Positions 9,543-18,707 of a stretch of DNA of 64,000 bases are shown piece by piece; position 1 is the stretch's first letter, and each line of letters opens with the position of its first letter. Position numbers and translations under genes: made by a program. The DNA lies in sequence record SRR31156797_2108. One strand, given 5' to 3'. Under the pieces are notes generated by a model. The model did no database searches, was not told the origin of the DNA, and saw only the letters and a program-made list of their open reading frames with translations.

Positions 9543-10076
9543 ATGAAGACAAGAATTTCAATAGGACTATGTTTTATATTCTTTTTTGCAATTTCATGCA
9601 GACAAAAAAATGATTTCAATACTTCTGAATTGTATGGTTATTCGATTGGAGATACTCTTACTGCTGATTTTGAAATTGTGAAAAATTATGGTCCTTATTT
9701 TAGTTCAGCTAAATACTCAAAAGACTCTTTATTTGAAGTGTCAACTGTAGGAGGGCATATCACTTATTTTCATATTTCGGTGGCTGAAGATAAGTTTGTA
9801 GAAACCATTGATAGATATAAACTTATTCTTGGCGAACCTATTCAATATTATATTGGAGATACTATACATGGAGTAAAACTAAATCACCAGATAGAACATT
9901 ATACCTGGTACAATATATTAAAAGGTACAAAATGTGAGGCGTATCGAAATTTAGGCTCTTTACAAAAGGGAGTGATAACAATATCTAATGATTCATTATC
10001 TGAAATTTTGTATAGTAGGTTAATACCTAACAACAATGATATTGGAGAAGAAATTGAGATAATGGTAGTAGAATAA
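9543..10076 (+). CDS. Hypothetical lipoprotein
   Basis: Signal peptide with lipobox-like AISC. Confidence 0.65.
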   Translation: MKTRISIGLCFIFFFAISCRQKNDFNTSELYGYSIGDTLTADFEIVKNYGPYFSSAKYSKDSLFEVSTVGGHITYFHISVAEDKFVETIDRYKLILGEPIQYYIGDTIHGVKLNHQIEHYTWYNILKGTKCEAYRNLGSLQKGVITISNDSLSEILYSRLIPNNNDIGEEIEIMVVE

Positions 10077-10135
10077 ACTCTAGCAGTCTCACGGTGTGCA
10101 ATTGGGTTGTTAGTGAGTATTTGTAGCTCACACTC

Positions 10136-10159
10136 TGGCTAAGAAAACATGCTTAGCAT
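10136..10159 (+). repeat. 24-bp direct repeat, right copy, followed by a partial duplication
   Basis: Identical to 6445-6468. ATGCTTAGCATATTT recurs at 10168-10182. Internally palindromic (GCTAAG...CTTAGC). Confidence 0.9.
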
Positions 10160-10197
10160 CATGGAGATGCTTAGCATATTTTTCAAAAATTTATTGA

Positions 10198-10737
10198 TTA
10201 CCCTTCAAGATCTGCGATGTTTGCCAGGGCATGATCACGAAGTGGCTTGTATTTAAAATACCACACGATTAAGCCTATTATTACTGCAGCAATCATCACA
10301 ATACTAAAAACAAGCGGATGAAAGAAGGAGTGAGACTCGATAGTCGTATTAAAACTCATACTTACATATATTAACAGTATGGCAAGTAGTGCCCAAATAC
10401 TTTTCAGTCTGAAGGGATGATACCTGTTGGCTGCTTGCTTTAGCATGCTTAGCGTTGGCAGAGAGTAATCTACGTTTTTGTATTCCTTTTGATAACTTTG
10501 CATTAGCAGTGCAAATATTAGAAATGCCCCTACAAGACAAAATCCGGAAAACAGATCGATAAGTTGATTGGTGTCGAAGTAGTGCAGAAAAGCAATTAAG
10601 GTATAAAGAGGAATAAAAATCCAATACACAAGTTTAAGTCTTTTGCACAGATTGGAATAATTGCTGTCTTCCTTTTTTAATTTGCCAAGCAATTGATCCA
10701 AATTTACTTTTTCTCCTTCTGATTTATTTAAGTTCAT
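10198..10737 (-). CDS. Four-TM membrane protein, putative anti-sigma factor
   Basis: Four hydrophobic segments. Overlaps the 3' end of the ECF sigma gene. Confidence 0.7.
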   Translation of the reverse strand: MNLNKSEGEKVNLDQLLGKLKKEDSNYSNLCKRLKLVYWIFIPLYTLIAFLHYFDTNQLIDLFSGFCLVGAFLIFALLMQSYQKEYKNVDYSLPTLSMLKQAANRYHPFRLKSIWALLAILLIYVSMSFNTTIESHSFFHPLVFSIVMIAAVIIGLIVWYFKYKPLRDHALANIADLEG

Positions 10738-11245
10738 GATTACCTCCTGTAAGTTTTGTTTTTAACTGTGCTTTAATCCTGTGGATTTTAACCTTGGTAT
10801 TGGCTTCGCTAAGTCCAATAACATTCCCAATCTCTTTCATGCTTAGTCCTTCAAGCATCAGCGATATTAGCGCCTTATCGATCACCGAAAGCAAATTTAG
10901 CTCGCATTGTAAGTTGTCGAACAGGCTTTCCTCGTTTAGCTTATCCTCTAAGTTTTCATCATCGATAATAGAGCTTAGGTTTTGAGTATCGGAATGTACC
11001 ATAAGCTTCATTTGCTTGTAGCTTTTGCCGGTAAAGCTTAAGGATGTATTTACAGCAACGCGATACACCCAGGTACTAATAGCCGAATCGCCTCTAAAAT
11101 TATCGAGGCTTTTCCAAATGTTAACCAATACCTCCTGATACATGTCTTTTTGATCTTCGGCATTGGAATTATAGTAGCGACATATTCGAAGTATCCGCTC
11201 ACTATTTTCCGATAGAATCTGATTGAATTGATCTTCTTTTTTCAA
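10724..11245 (-). CDS. ECF-type RNA polymerase sigma-70 factor
   Basis: DMYQEVLVNIWKS, FRGDSAISTWVYRVAVNT and region 4 GLSMKEIGNVIGLSEANTKVKIHR. TTG start. Confidence 0.92.
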   Translation of the reverse strand: MKKEDQFNQILSENSERILRICRYYNSNAEDQKDMYQEVLVNIWKSLDNFRGDSAISTWVYRVAVNTSLSFTGKSYKQMKLMVHSDTQNLSSIIDDENLEDKLNEESLFDNLQCELNLLSVIDKALISLMLEGLSMKEIGNVIGLSEANTKVKIHRIKAQLKTKLTGGNHELK

Positions 11246-11270
11246 TGTATAAGTTTTTGTTATTACTTAT

Positions 11271-11298
11271 TTAGTAGAGGATTTTAGGAATAGTTACA
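11271..11298 (-). promoter_or_regulatory. Putative ECF autoregulatory promoter
   Basis: Minus strand TGTAAC-N16-TACTAA, about 25 bp upstream of the sigma start. ECF genes are commonly autoregulated through -35 AAC-type motifs. Confidence 0.45.
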
Positions 11299-11716
11299 AA
11301 TCAAAATCATTTTTTTTGATTTTTATTTCATCTCCTGTAATTCGAGTTTGCAATTTGTGCTCACTGTAAACAGAAAACAAATGTCTGACAAATTTATAAC
11401 AAGTAAATAGAATTGAAAGATTACCCCTGGCAGATTTAAGTGGGCGATTGCTTTCTGGAGGAACTTTATCTATTGATTCTTCTATTTTATATCATTTGAA
11501 TAATTCCCTTCTTATCATTTTACTTAACTCAACAGAAAGGGCTCCTTACTAAATGATTTACCCTCTTCACTTACTTTTTTTTGATCTTGAATTGAGATTA
11601 AAGAATTTTAAAAATATAGTCTCTGAATTACAGGTTATTTAGGATAGATATTTTACTAAAATGCTAAGTAATCTTGATCTGGGAAAATGTTTTTTTTAAT
11701 TAAAAATCAAAAAGTT

Positions 11717-12196
11717 ATGTCAAAACTATCATGGCAAGCTGTGCCTACAATGTCAGAAACCTATTATTCTCGAAACAGTATTTTTGATAAAGTTGAAGAT
11801 ATCTGTAAAGAAGAAATGGTGACACAAGCAACGAATCAAACTTGGTTACAGTTTACAACGGAATGGAATTGGCCGGGACCAATTACCAGACTTATAGGAG
11901 GACCTATGGAAATTAAGCCAGTATTAGGAATTCGACCTATCCCATTTGGAAGTATTAGAGTAGATATTGAGGAAGCATTTAAAATTGCTCATGAGCGATT
12001 GAGTGAAACAAATGGTGGCGATAGGTTTGTAGGAACAATTCAGATGTACTGGGTAAACTACAATTTAAGTACCGAGCCTTGCTATCTGTTTACAACAAAT
12101 GTTCATAATCAGATAAGAGTAGGGGCTTATACAGGGAAAGTTACAGGTCCTGCTTTAACTGCAGATGCTGAACACGAAGCACATGTAGGTGTGTAG
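11717..12196 (+). CDS. Hypothetical protein with PepSY-like C-terminal motif
   Basis: DIEEAFKIA...EPCYLF...VGAYTGKV pattern. Probable start at 11717. Confidence 0.55.
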   Translation: MSKLSWQAVPTMSETYYSRNSIFDKVEDICKEEMVTQATNQTWLQFTTEWNWPGPITRLIGGPMEIKPVLGIRPIPFGSIRVDIEEAFKIAHERLSETNGGDRFVGTIQMYWVNYNLSTEPCYLFTTNVHNQIRVGAYTGKVTGPALTADAEHEAHVGV

Positions 12197-12252
12197 TTGG
12201 CATTACAGATATTAATTATAAAGAATTAGAAATAGTTTTAAAATAAAAGAAT

Positions 12253-13578
12253 ATGAATTACAATATAGTTGCCGGTATAGATAGTTGTACCCTAAATAGA
12301 ATTATTGGAGATGTATACAAGGCAGTATATCCAAGTTTGTTTAAGAATACAATAAAATTAAATCAATTGGGAATCGAATCTGTAGCCTTTGATATTACTA
12401 AAGCGCCTCAAATTAGTTTCGAAAGAGCCAAAGAGATTAAAAATCAGGTTGAAGGTATCATTAAGAATAATGAGCTTAAGGAATTAAGTAATTTATCGAA
12501 AGACGATAAGCTTAAAGTTCTTGAAATGGCTTCGGCGGCTTCATTTGGTTTAGATGCTAATGTTAGCCTAACAATTAATTATGAGGGAGGAGAAGCTCCT
12601 ACGAATACAGAGGCTATTATCCACATAAACCTTAACATTCAGGCGATAACAAAAGAAGGAAAGAATTTTTTAACGGCACATTTGATTTCTGCAAACTTAA
12701 AAAGTATTCCAGCCAATCCGCTTCTCGAAGATCTGTTAAACAAAGCATTTATTCCACATTTCACACCTTACTTTAATGATAATATTTTAAAGCCTATCGA
12801 GATACCAACTTTAGAATATAACTCTTTACTTGTAAGTCTTCCGTCTACAGTTACTCAAAATCCTTATTTCTTAAACTTTTCAGCTTTAGGATCAATTCAA
12901 CCCGATGTGCCAGCTCCGGAAAAATGGCCTACTGATTGTGTTTTTGCAGGAGTAGATGCTGCTTTAATGCAGGGAGTTGTTTCTGCAGTAAATATTTTCC
13001 CATTGGGACCATCAACAGGTTTCGATTGGAAGATAATTACTGGAAAGGTGAATGCTCAATTGCAGACACCGAATCATTTCGAGGTAAATAAGGATGGCAG
13101 CATATCTGCAAAGTTACCTTTGGAGGCTCGTGCTCAGTTAACCATTCATACGCCATGGCCATTGCCAAATTTCTCTTTTGGACCTAAGGCTACATCTACA
13201 GTAAAATTAACTCTTAAACCTTTGGTTAAAAATTCAGATTTCTATATCGAGGTTAAAGATGTGCAGATTAAAGAAATGAGTTTTGATTTTGGAGGTATTC
13301 CAGGTTGGCTAAATACAATATTCTCTCCATTACGAGCTGGATTAGGAATTGCATTAAATACAGCCTTACAGCCAATAATAAAAGCTGCATTACTGGCTAT
13401 TCCTGCTATTAAGATATTTACCCTGCCTACTATTCCAATTACTTTGGCAGATAAAACAATAGAGGTAAAACTTAATAGTGCAAAAACAAGTGCTCAAAAT
13501 TCATTGCTCATGGTAAATACACAAGTCGCTGTATCTGCTAAGCAGGCAGAAAAAGATAGAGTTGCGCTTAATGTTTGA
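12253..13578 (+). CDS. Hypothetical protein, possible tandem TULIP/BPI-like lipid-binding fold
   Basis: 441-aa ORF with an internally repeated motif, NIVAGIDSCTLNRII and CVFAGVDAALMQGVV. Long beta strands with IEIP/LPTIP segments. Confidence 0.5.
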   Translation: MNYNIVAGIDSCTLNRIIGDVYKAVYPSLFKNTIKLNQLGIESVAFDITKAPQISFERAKEIKNQVEGIIKNNELKELSNLSKDDKLKVLEMASAASFGLDANVSLTINYEGGEAPTNTEAIIHINLNIQAITKEGKNFLTAHLISANLKSIPANPLLEDLLNKAFIPHFTPYFNDNILKPIEIPTLEYNSLLVSLPSTVTQNPYFLNFSALGSIQPDVPAPEKWPTDCVFAGVDAALMQGVVSAVNIFPLGPSTGFDWKIITGKVNAQLQTPNHFEVNKDGSISAKLPLEARAQLTIHTPWPLPNFSFGPKATSTVKLTLKPLVKNSDFYIEVKDVQIKEMSFDFGGIPGWLNTIFSPLRAGLGIALNTALQPIIKAALLAIPAIKIFTLPTIPITLADKTIEVKLNSAKTSAQNSLLMVNTQVAVSAKQAEKDRVALNV

Positions 13579-13594
13579 TTGTTTTGCTTAAAAT

Positions 13595-13627
13595 AAAGAC
13601 CTCCTAATTTATTGGGAGGTCTTTTTT
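13595..13627. terminator. Intrinsic terminator between convergent genes
   Basis: AAAGACCTCCTAAT-TT-ATTGGGAGGTCTTT plus T tract. Confidence 0.85.
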
Positions 13628-13644
13628 ATTGCTCAGAGTTTTGT

Positions 13645-14358
13645 TTATAGTCCTACTTCAAAGCCATTATAGGTCTCAAATTTCCAGATTTCGATTACTT
13701 TTCCTATTTCCAAGTCGTAAGGTGTATAGTTTCGGTTGGTAGATACCAGCAAAAGCGTCTGATTCTTTTTCAGTTGATTGTATACCAATTTAAAAACAAT
13801 CCCATCATCCTGTGTTACGATGATGCAGGGCGTACCATCCTTTATCATTTCCCAATTTTGAATGTAGGAGGCAGTAACCCACGCACCCTCGGGAATGGGC
13901 AGCATAGAATCTCCTTGAATCTGAAAAGTACGGTAGCTTTTATCTTTGGGCAAAAAGGGTAGGGAGAATTTTGGCAAAGAACCAATAAATTCCAAATCGC
14001 CATAGCTATTGGTATAACCAGCTTGCGCCTTTAAAGGCACCATTTCTATGTTTTCTTCTCCATCCTGGTTGACCGATAGGGTAAGCAGTCGCAATTTTTT
14101 ACCGGTTACATCAATATCGAATCCATCTTCGATCTGCGAAAGCTGAAATTCCGATAATTCCTGCAAATTATACCTTAGCAATGCATCGATAGATACATTA
14201 AAGTACTCGGCAAATTTAATCAGCACCTTAAATGGTGGCTGCACGCTCTTTTCATAACCAGCTAAAGTTGTTCTGGTAATCTCCAGTTGCTCAGATAAAT
14301 CGGCTTGCGATCTCTTTCTCCGCTTGCGAAGGAACTTGATATTTTCTGCAAAAAACAT
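13645..14358 (-). CDS. LexA/CI-like repressor (XRE HTH plus S24 peptidase)
   Basis: N-terminal HTH (SQADLSEQLEITRTTLAGYE), AG cleavage site in KAQAGY, catalytic Ser in GDSMLP and Lys in IVFK. Confidence 0.9.
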   Translation of the reverse strand: MFFAENIKFLRKRRKRSQADLSEQLEITRTTLAGYEKSVQPPFKVLIKFAEYFNVSIDALLRYNLQELSEFQLSQIEDGFDIDVTGKKLRLLTLSVNQDGEENIEMVPLKAQAGYTNSYGDLEFIGSLPKFSLPFLPKDKSYRTFQIQGDSMLPIPEGAWVTASYIQNWEMIKDGTPCIIVTQDDGIVFKLVYNQLKKNQTLLLVSTNRNYTPYDLEIGKVIEIWKFETYNGFEVGL

Positions 14359-14371
14359 AGCTTCTTTTTTT

Positions 14372-14379
14372 CAAAGATA
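14372..14379 (-). promoter_or_regulatory. Bacteroidota -7 promoter element of the repressor gene
   Basis: TATCTTTG on the minus strand matches TAnnTTTG, 13 bp upstream of the ATG. Confidence 0.6.
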
Positions 14380-14388
14380 AGAAAGAAA

Positions 14389-14426
14389 GACTAAATTATA
14401 GACAGAATATTGACGAAATTATCGAC
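14389..14426. promoter_or_regulatory. Candidate operator: direct repeat GACnAAATTATnGAC, two copies
   Basis: GACTAAATTATAGAC (14389-14403) and GACGAAATTATCGAC (14412-14426) in the 73-bp divergent region. Confidence 0.55.
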
Positions 14427-14431
14427 ACTTA

Positions 14432-15646
14432 GTGAAAAGAACAATATTACATATGGATTTGGACACATTTTTTGTGTCATGCGAGAGGTTGTTGGACAAT
14501 AAATTAAACAACCGACCGGTATTAATCGGGGGAACATCCGACAGGGGAGTTGTAGCAGCTTGTTCTTACGAAGCGAGGGTATATGGCATTCATTCGGCCA
14601 TGCCAATGAAAATGGCAAGAATGTTATGTCCCGATGCGGTGGTAATTCGAGGCAATAGCGGAACTTACAGCAAGTTTTCCGATATGGTAACCGATATCAT
14701 AAAGGAACAGTCGCCCATCTTCGAAAAATCATCTATCGATGAGTTTTATATTGATATAACGGGAATGGATCGCTTTGTGCGGGAAAGTTACATGTGGTCG
14801 AGAGAATTGCGCGAAAGAATTCTCAGGGAGACACACCTGCCCATTTCTTTTGGTCTTTCAAGTAGCAAAACGGTTTCGAAAGTTGGAACCGGGGAAGCAA
14901 AGCCCAACAATCATATCAATATCGAAAGTGGGAATGAGGTTCCTTTTTTGGCTCCGCTTTCCATTAAAAAGATTCCTATGGTTGGCGAAAAAACTTATCA
15001 CAAGTTGCGAAGCATGGGGGTAGAAAAAGTACGAACCGTTCAGGAAATGCCCATGGAATTAATGGAGCGTGTGCTGGGAAAAAACGGGCAGGTAATTTGG
15101 AAGAAGGCACAGGGAATTGACAACACACCGGTGATTGCCTGGAACGAGCGAAAATCGATTTCTTCGGAGCGTACTTTCGAGAAAGACACCACCGATATTG
15201 TAAAATTGCGCAGTATTTTGGTTGCCATGGCCGAAAATTTGGCTTATCAGCTCCGAAATGGAAACAAACTAACTGCCTGTGTGACGGTTAAGATCAGGTA
15301 TTCCGATTTTCAGACCTATACAAAACAGAAGCGAATTCCATACACATCATTAGATCATACGCTAATCGCTGTTGTTCTCGACCTTTTTGAGAAGATGTAT
15401 GAGCGTCGTGTATTGATTCGTTTGATAGGCGTTCGATTTAGCAATTTGGTGGGTGGAACTTATCAAATTCGCCTGTTCGAGGATTCCGAAAAGCTAATAA
15501 AATTGTATCAGGCTATGGATCATTTGAGAAATCAGTACGGAAAAAATGCAGTGAAACGTGCCATTGCCATGGATGTAAAAACCATTGGTGGCATGAACCC
15601 TTTTAACGGACAAGCACCAATCATTCCTGCTCATCGAAGACAGTAA
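14432..15646 (+). CDS. dinB: DNA polymerase IV (Y family)
   Basis: HMDLDTFF, RGVVAACSYEAR, SIDEFY, RKSISSERTF and IRLIGV motifs. GTG start. Confidence 0.95.
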   Translation: MKRTILHMDLDTFFVSCERLLDNKLNNRPVLIGGTSDRGVVAACSYEARVYGIHSAMPMKMARMLCPDAVVIRGNSGTYSKFSDMVTDIIKEQSPIFEKSSIDEFYIDITGMDRFVRESYMWSRELRERILRETHLPISFGLSSSKTVSKVGTGEAKPNNHINIESGNEVPFLAPLSIKKIPMVGEKTYHKLRSMGVEKVRTVQEMPMELMERVLGKNGQVIWKKAQGIDNTPVIAWNERKSISSERTFEKDTTDIVKLRSILVAMAENLAYQLRNGNKLTACVTVKIRYSDFQTYTKQKRIPYTSLDHTLIAVVLDLFEKMYERRVLIRLIGVRFSNLVGGTYQIRLFEDSEKLIKLYQAMDHLRNQYGKNAVKRAIAMDVKTIGGMNPFNGQAPIIPAHRRQ

Positions 15647-15650
15647 AAAC

Positions 15651-15737
15651 AATTAGTAATTAACAATGAATAATTATAAAAAGTTCAAAACAGGGATTTA
15701 CTATTACTCATTGTTAATTATTCATTACTAATTATTC
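15651..15737. repeat. Heptamer-periodic inverted repeat between dinB and dnaE
   Basis: AATTAGT AATTAAC AATGAAT AAT ... ATTACTC ATTGTTA ATTATTC ATTACTA ATTATTC, with complementary arms. Confidence 0.7.
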
Positions 15738-18707
15738 ATGAGTATGTTATTGAATTGTCATAGTTACTACAGTTTTAAATACGGAATTCTTTCGGTAGAG
15801 GAGCTTTTACAGGAAGCTCAGGCGGGAGAGCATGCTGTTGTTGCCTTAACGGATATCAATAACACAGCGGCTAGCCTCGATTTTGTGAGGCAGGCGAAGG
15901 AATTTTCGCTTCGTCCGCTTGTAGGTGTTGATTTTAGAAATGGAAACCAGCAGCAATATGTTGCCATAGCTAAAAATGCAGATGGTTTTCGGGAGCTGAA
16001 TGAGTTTCTGACCAAACACTTGCATGAGAACACCGAATTTGAAGCAAAAGCTCCTTCCTTTAAAAATGCTTTTGTGGTGTATCCCTTTCAAAATCAGTTG
16101 CGAAATCTGGAAGAGCACGAATATGTAGGCATAAGTTCGAAAGATTTGCAATACCTGCCATTTTCGGTGTGGAAAAATCATCAGCAAAAGTTGGTGATAT
16201 TACAAACTTCCAGCTTTCGAAACAAAAAGGATTACAATATTCATCGATTGTTGAGAGCTATTGATAGGAATACCCTTTTGAGCAAATTACCGAAAGAGGA
16301 GCAGGCTGTTTTCGAAGATCAATACAAAAGCAAAGCAGATTTACTGGAATTGTATAAGGAATATCCGAAAATTGTAGATAATACAGAACAACTATTGGCT
16401 GCTTGCAGCATGGATTTTGAGTTTGGAACCAACAAAAACAAGAAGTTGTTTACCAAATCGGAAGAGGAGGATTTCAAATTACTAATGAAATTGGCTTGTG
16501 AGGGTTTGGAATACCGATACCATGATGTAACTGATGAAATTTTGGATCGTTTAAACAAGGAGTTGAAGGTGATTCGCCAGTTGAATTTCTGTTCCTATTT
16601 CTTGATCAATTGGGATTTGGTTCGCTATGCTCAAAGCCAGGGATATTATCATGTAGGACGAGGAAGTGGTGCCAATAGTTTGGTTGCTTACTTACTGAAA
16701 ATTACCAATGTTGATCCGGTTGACTTAGACCTTTACTTTGAGCGTTTCATTAATCCGTTTCGAACCTCACCACCCGATTTTGATATCGATTTTTCATGGA
16801 CCGATCGCGACGATGTAACGCGGTATTTGTTTGATCAATATGGTTGGGATCGAGTGGTTCTCTTGGGAACCTTTATTACTTTTAGTCATAAGTCTGCTTT
16901 TCGGGAAATTGGTAAAGTATTTGGTTTGCCCGATGAGGAAATTGTCCGCCTGCAAAAGAATCCCAATCCGGCACAAGCCGATGAGTATGGAAAGTGGGTG
17001 ATACGCTACAGCAAATACATTTCAGGCTTTCCAAGTCATTGCAGTATCCACTCCAGTGGGATTTTAATAGCCGATGAGCCAATTAGTAACTATTCATCAA
17101 CAGAGCTGCTACCCAAAGGCTTTCCTTCTACCCAGTTCGACATGTATATTGCCGAAGATTTGGGCTTGCACAAGTTTGATATTCTAAGTCAGCGTGGTTT
17201 AGGGAAAATCAAGGATACTTTGGGCATTATCAAACAAAACCATGGGATTGATATCGATATTAACGATACCAAACTGTTCATGGAAGATGGGCGCGTAAAA
17301 CGAATGCTGAAAAAAGGACAGGCAATTGGCTGTTTTTATGTGGAATCACCTGCAATGCGAATGCTTTTAACCAAATTAAAGGCTGAAGACTACAAGCGTT
17401 TGGTAGCGGCTAGTTCTATTATCAGACCAGGAGTTGCTAAAAGTGGCATGATGCGCGAATACATCATCCGTTTTCAGAATAAGGAAAGGAGAGAGCAGGC
17501 TCAACGGGAATTGCCTGCACTGTATGAGATTTTGGAGGAGACTTATGGAGTAATGGTGTATCAGGAGGATGTGATTAAGGTGGCTCACTATTTTGCTGGT
17601 TTAACTTTGGATGAGGCTGATGTTTTGCGCAGGGGAATGTCGTGGAAATTCAAGCAACGAAACGAGTTTAGTAAGGTGCGCAATAAGTTTTTCTCCAATT
17701 GCAAAACAAAAGGTTATTCCGATCATACAGTAAGTGATATTTGGCGGCAAATTGAAAGTTTTGCCAATTATGCTTTTGCCAAAGGTCATTCGGCAAGTTA
17801 TGCCGTAGAAAGCTTTCAGGCGCTTTATTTAAAAGCTTACTACCCTTTGGAGTATATGGTGGCTACTCTGAATAATGGTGGCGGATTTTATTCTGCACAG
17901 CTCTATCTGCACGAAGCGGTTATGAACGGAGCGGAAGTGGAAACACCCTGTGTAAACAGCAGCTTAAGGAAAAATATCATAAAAGGGAAAACCATTTGGC
18001 TGGGATTTTATTTGTTAAGGGATTTGGAAAAAGGGATGGCTAAAGCCCTGATAAAAGAGAGAAAGGAAAAGGGTGATTTTTTAAGCTTGCGAGATTTTGT
18101 AAAGCGCAACCCAATAGGTTTGGAACAGTTGATTACCCTGATTAGAATTGGAGCTTTTCGATTTACAGGAAAAGAAAAAAAGGAATTGCTTTGGGATGCC
18201 CATTTTTTATTGGGTCATAACAAGAAAGCCAAGCCTGAAAAGACTCTTTTTCAGATGGAGGTAAAAGAGTTTAAATTGCCAAAATTGTGGCAGCATAAGC
18301 TTGAAAATGCTTTTGATGAAATGGAATTGCTGGGTTTATCGGTACAATCGCCTTTTGATTTGTTGAAAAATGAATTGTCTTCTGATTTAAAGGCTTGTCA
18401 CTTGCCTAGATTAATCAATCGATACATTCGAATAGTAGGTTTTTTAATTTATCGCAAACCCACCAAGGCTAGCAATGGCAAAATCATGTATTTTGGTACC
18501 TGGATCGATTTGGACGGACATTGGCTGGATACCGTTCATTTTCCACCTGCCGCAAAAGATTATCCTTTTAGAGGTCCCGGATGCTACTGCATAGAGGGAA
18601 GAGTAGTGGAGGAGTATGGTTTTTTGAGTATTGAGGTGAGTAAAATGGAACGAATGGCAAACTTAAGTATCGAAGATGTTGTAAGTTGTGATGAAGAGAA
18701 AACCTGA
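15738..18707 (+). CDS. dnaE: DNA polymerase III alpha subunit, short DnaE2-like paralogue
   Basis: PHP-like N-terminus (NCHSYYS, ALTDINN), GRGSGANS, FERF, PPDFDIDF, KFDILS and YAFAKGHS. 989 aa, ending after the OB fold. Follows dinB in the same orientation. Confidence 0.93.
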   Translation: MSMLLNCHSYYSFKYGILSVEELLQEAQAGEHAVVALTDINNTAASLDFVRQAKEFSLRPLVGVDFRNGNQQQYVAIAKNADGFRELNEFLTKHLHENTEFEAKAPSFKNAFVVYPFQNQLRNLEEHEYVGISSKDLQYLPFSVWKNHQQKLVILQTSSFRNKKDYNIHRLLRAIDRNTLLSKLPKEEQAVFEDQYKSKADLLELYKEYPKIVDNTEQLLAACSMDFEFGTNKNKKLFTKSEEEDFKLLMKLACEGLEYRYHDVTDEILDRLNKELKVIRQLNFCSYFLINWDLVRYAQSQGYYHVGRGSGANSLVAYLLKITNVDPVDLDLYFERFINPFRTSPPDFDIDFSWTDRDDVTRYLFDQYGWDRVVLLGTFITFSHKSAFREIGKVFGLPDEEIVRLQKNPNPAQADEYGKWVIRYSKYISGFPSHCSIHSSGILIADEPISNYSSTELLPKGFPSTQFDMYIAEDLGLHKFDILSQRGLGKIKDTLGIIKQNHGIDIDINDTKLFMEDGRVKRMLKKGQAIGCFYVESPAMRMLLTKLKAEDYKRLVAASSIIRPGVAKSGMMREYIIRFQNKERREQAQRELPALYEILEETYGVMVYQEDVIKVAHYFAGLTLDEADVLRRGMSWKFKQRNEFSKVRNKFFSNCKTKGYSDHTVSDIWRQIESFANYAFAKGHSASYAVESFQALYLKAYYPLEYMVATLNNGGGFYSAQLYLHEAVMNGAEVETPCVNSSLRKNIIKGKTIWLGFYLLRDLEKGMAKALIKERKEKGDFLSLRDFVKRNPIGLEQLITLIRIGAFRFTGKEKKELLWDAHFLLGHNKKAKPEKTLFQMEVKEFKLPKLWQHKLENAFDEMELLGLSVQSPFDLLKNELSSDLKACHLPRLINRYIRIVGFLIYRKPTKASNGKIMYFGTWIDLDGHWLDTVHFPPAAKDYPFRGPGCYCIEGRVVEEYGFLSIEVSKMERMANLSIEDVVSCDEEKT

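Noticed and set aside
6178-10183. CRISPR array or classical integron
   Set aside because: The repeats are separated by whole genes rather than 30-40 bp spacers. There is no cas or intI gene in the window and no clear attC RYYYAAC...GTTRRRY structure.
14391-17789. Short ORFs overlapping dinB and dnaE
   Set aside because: Antisense or out-of-frame shadows of well-supported genes.
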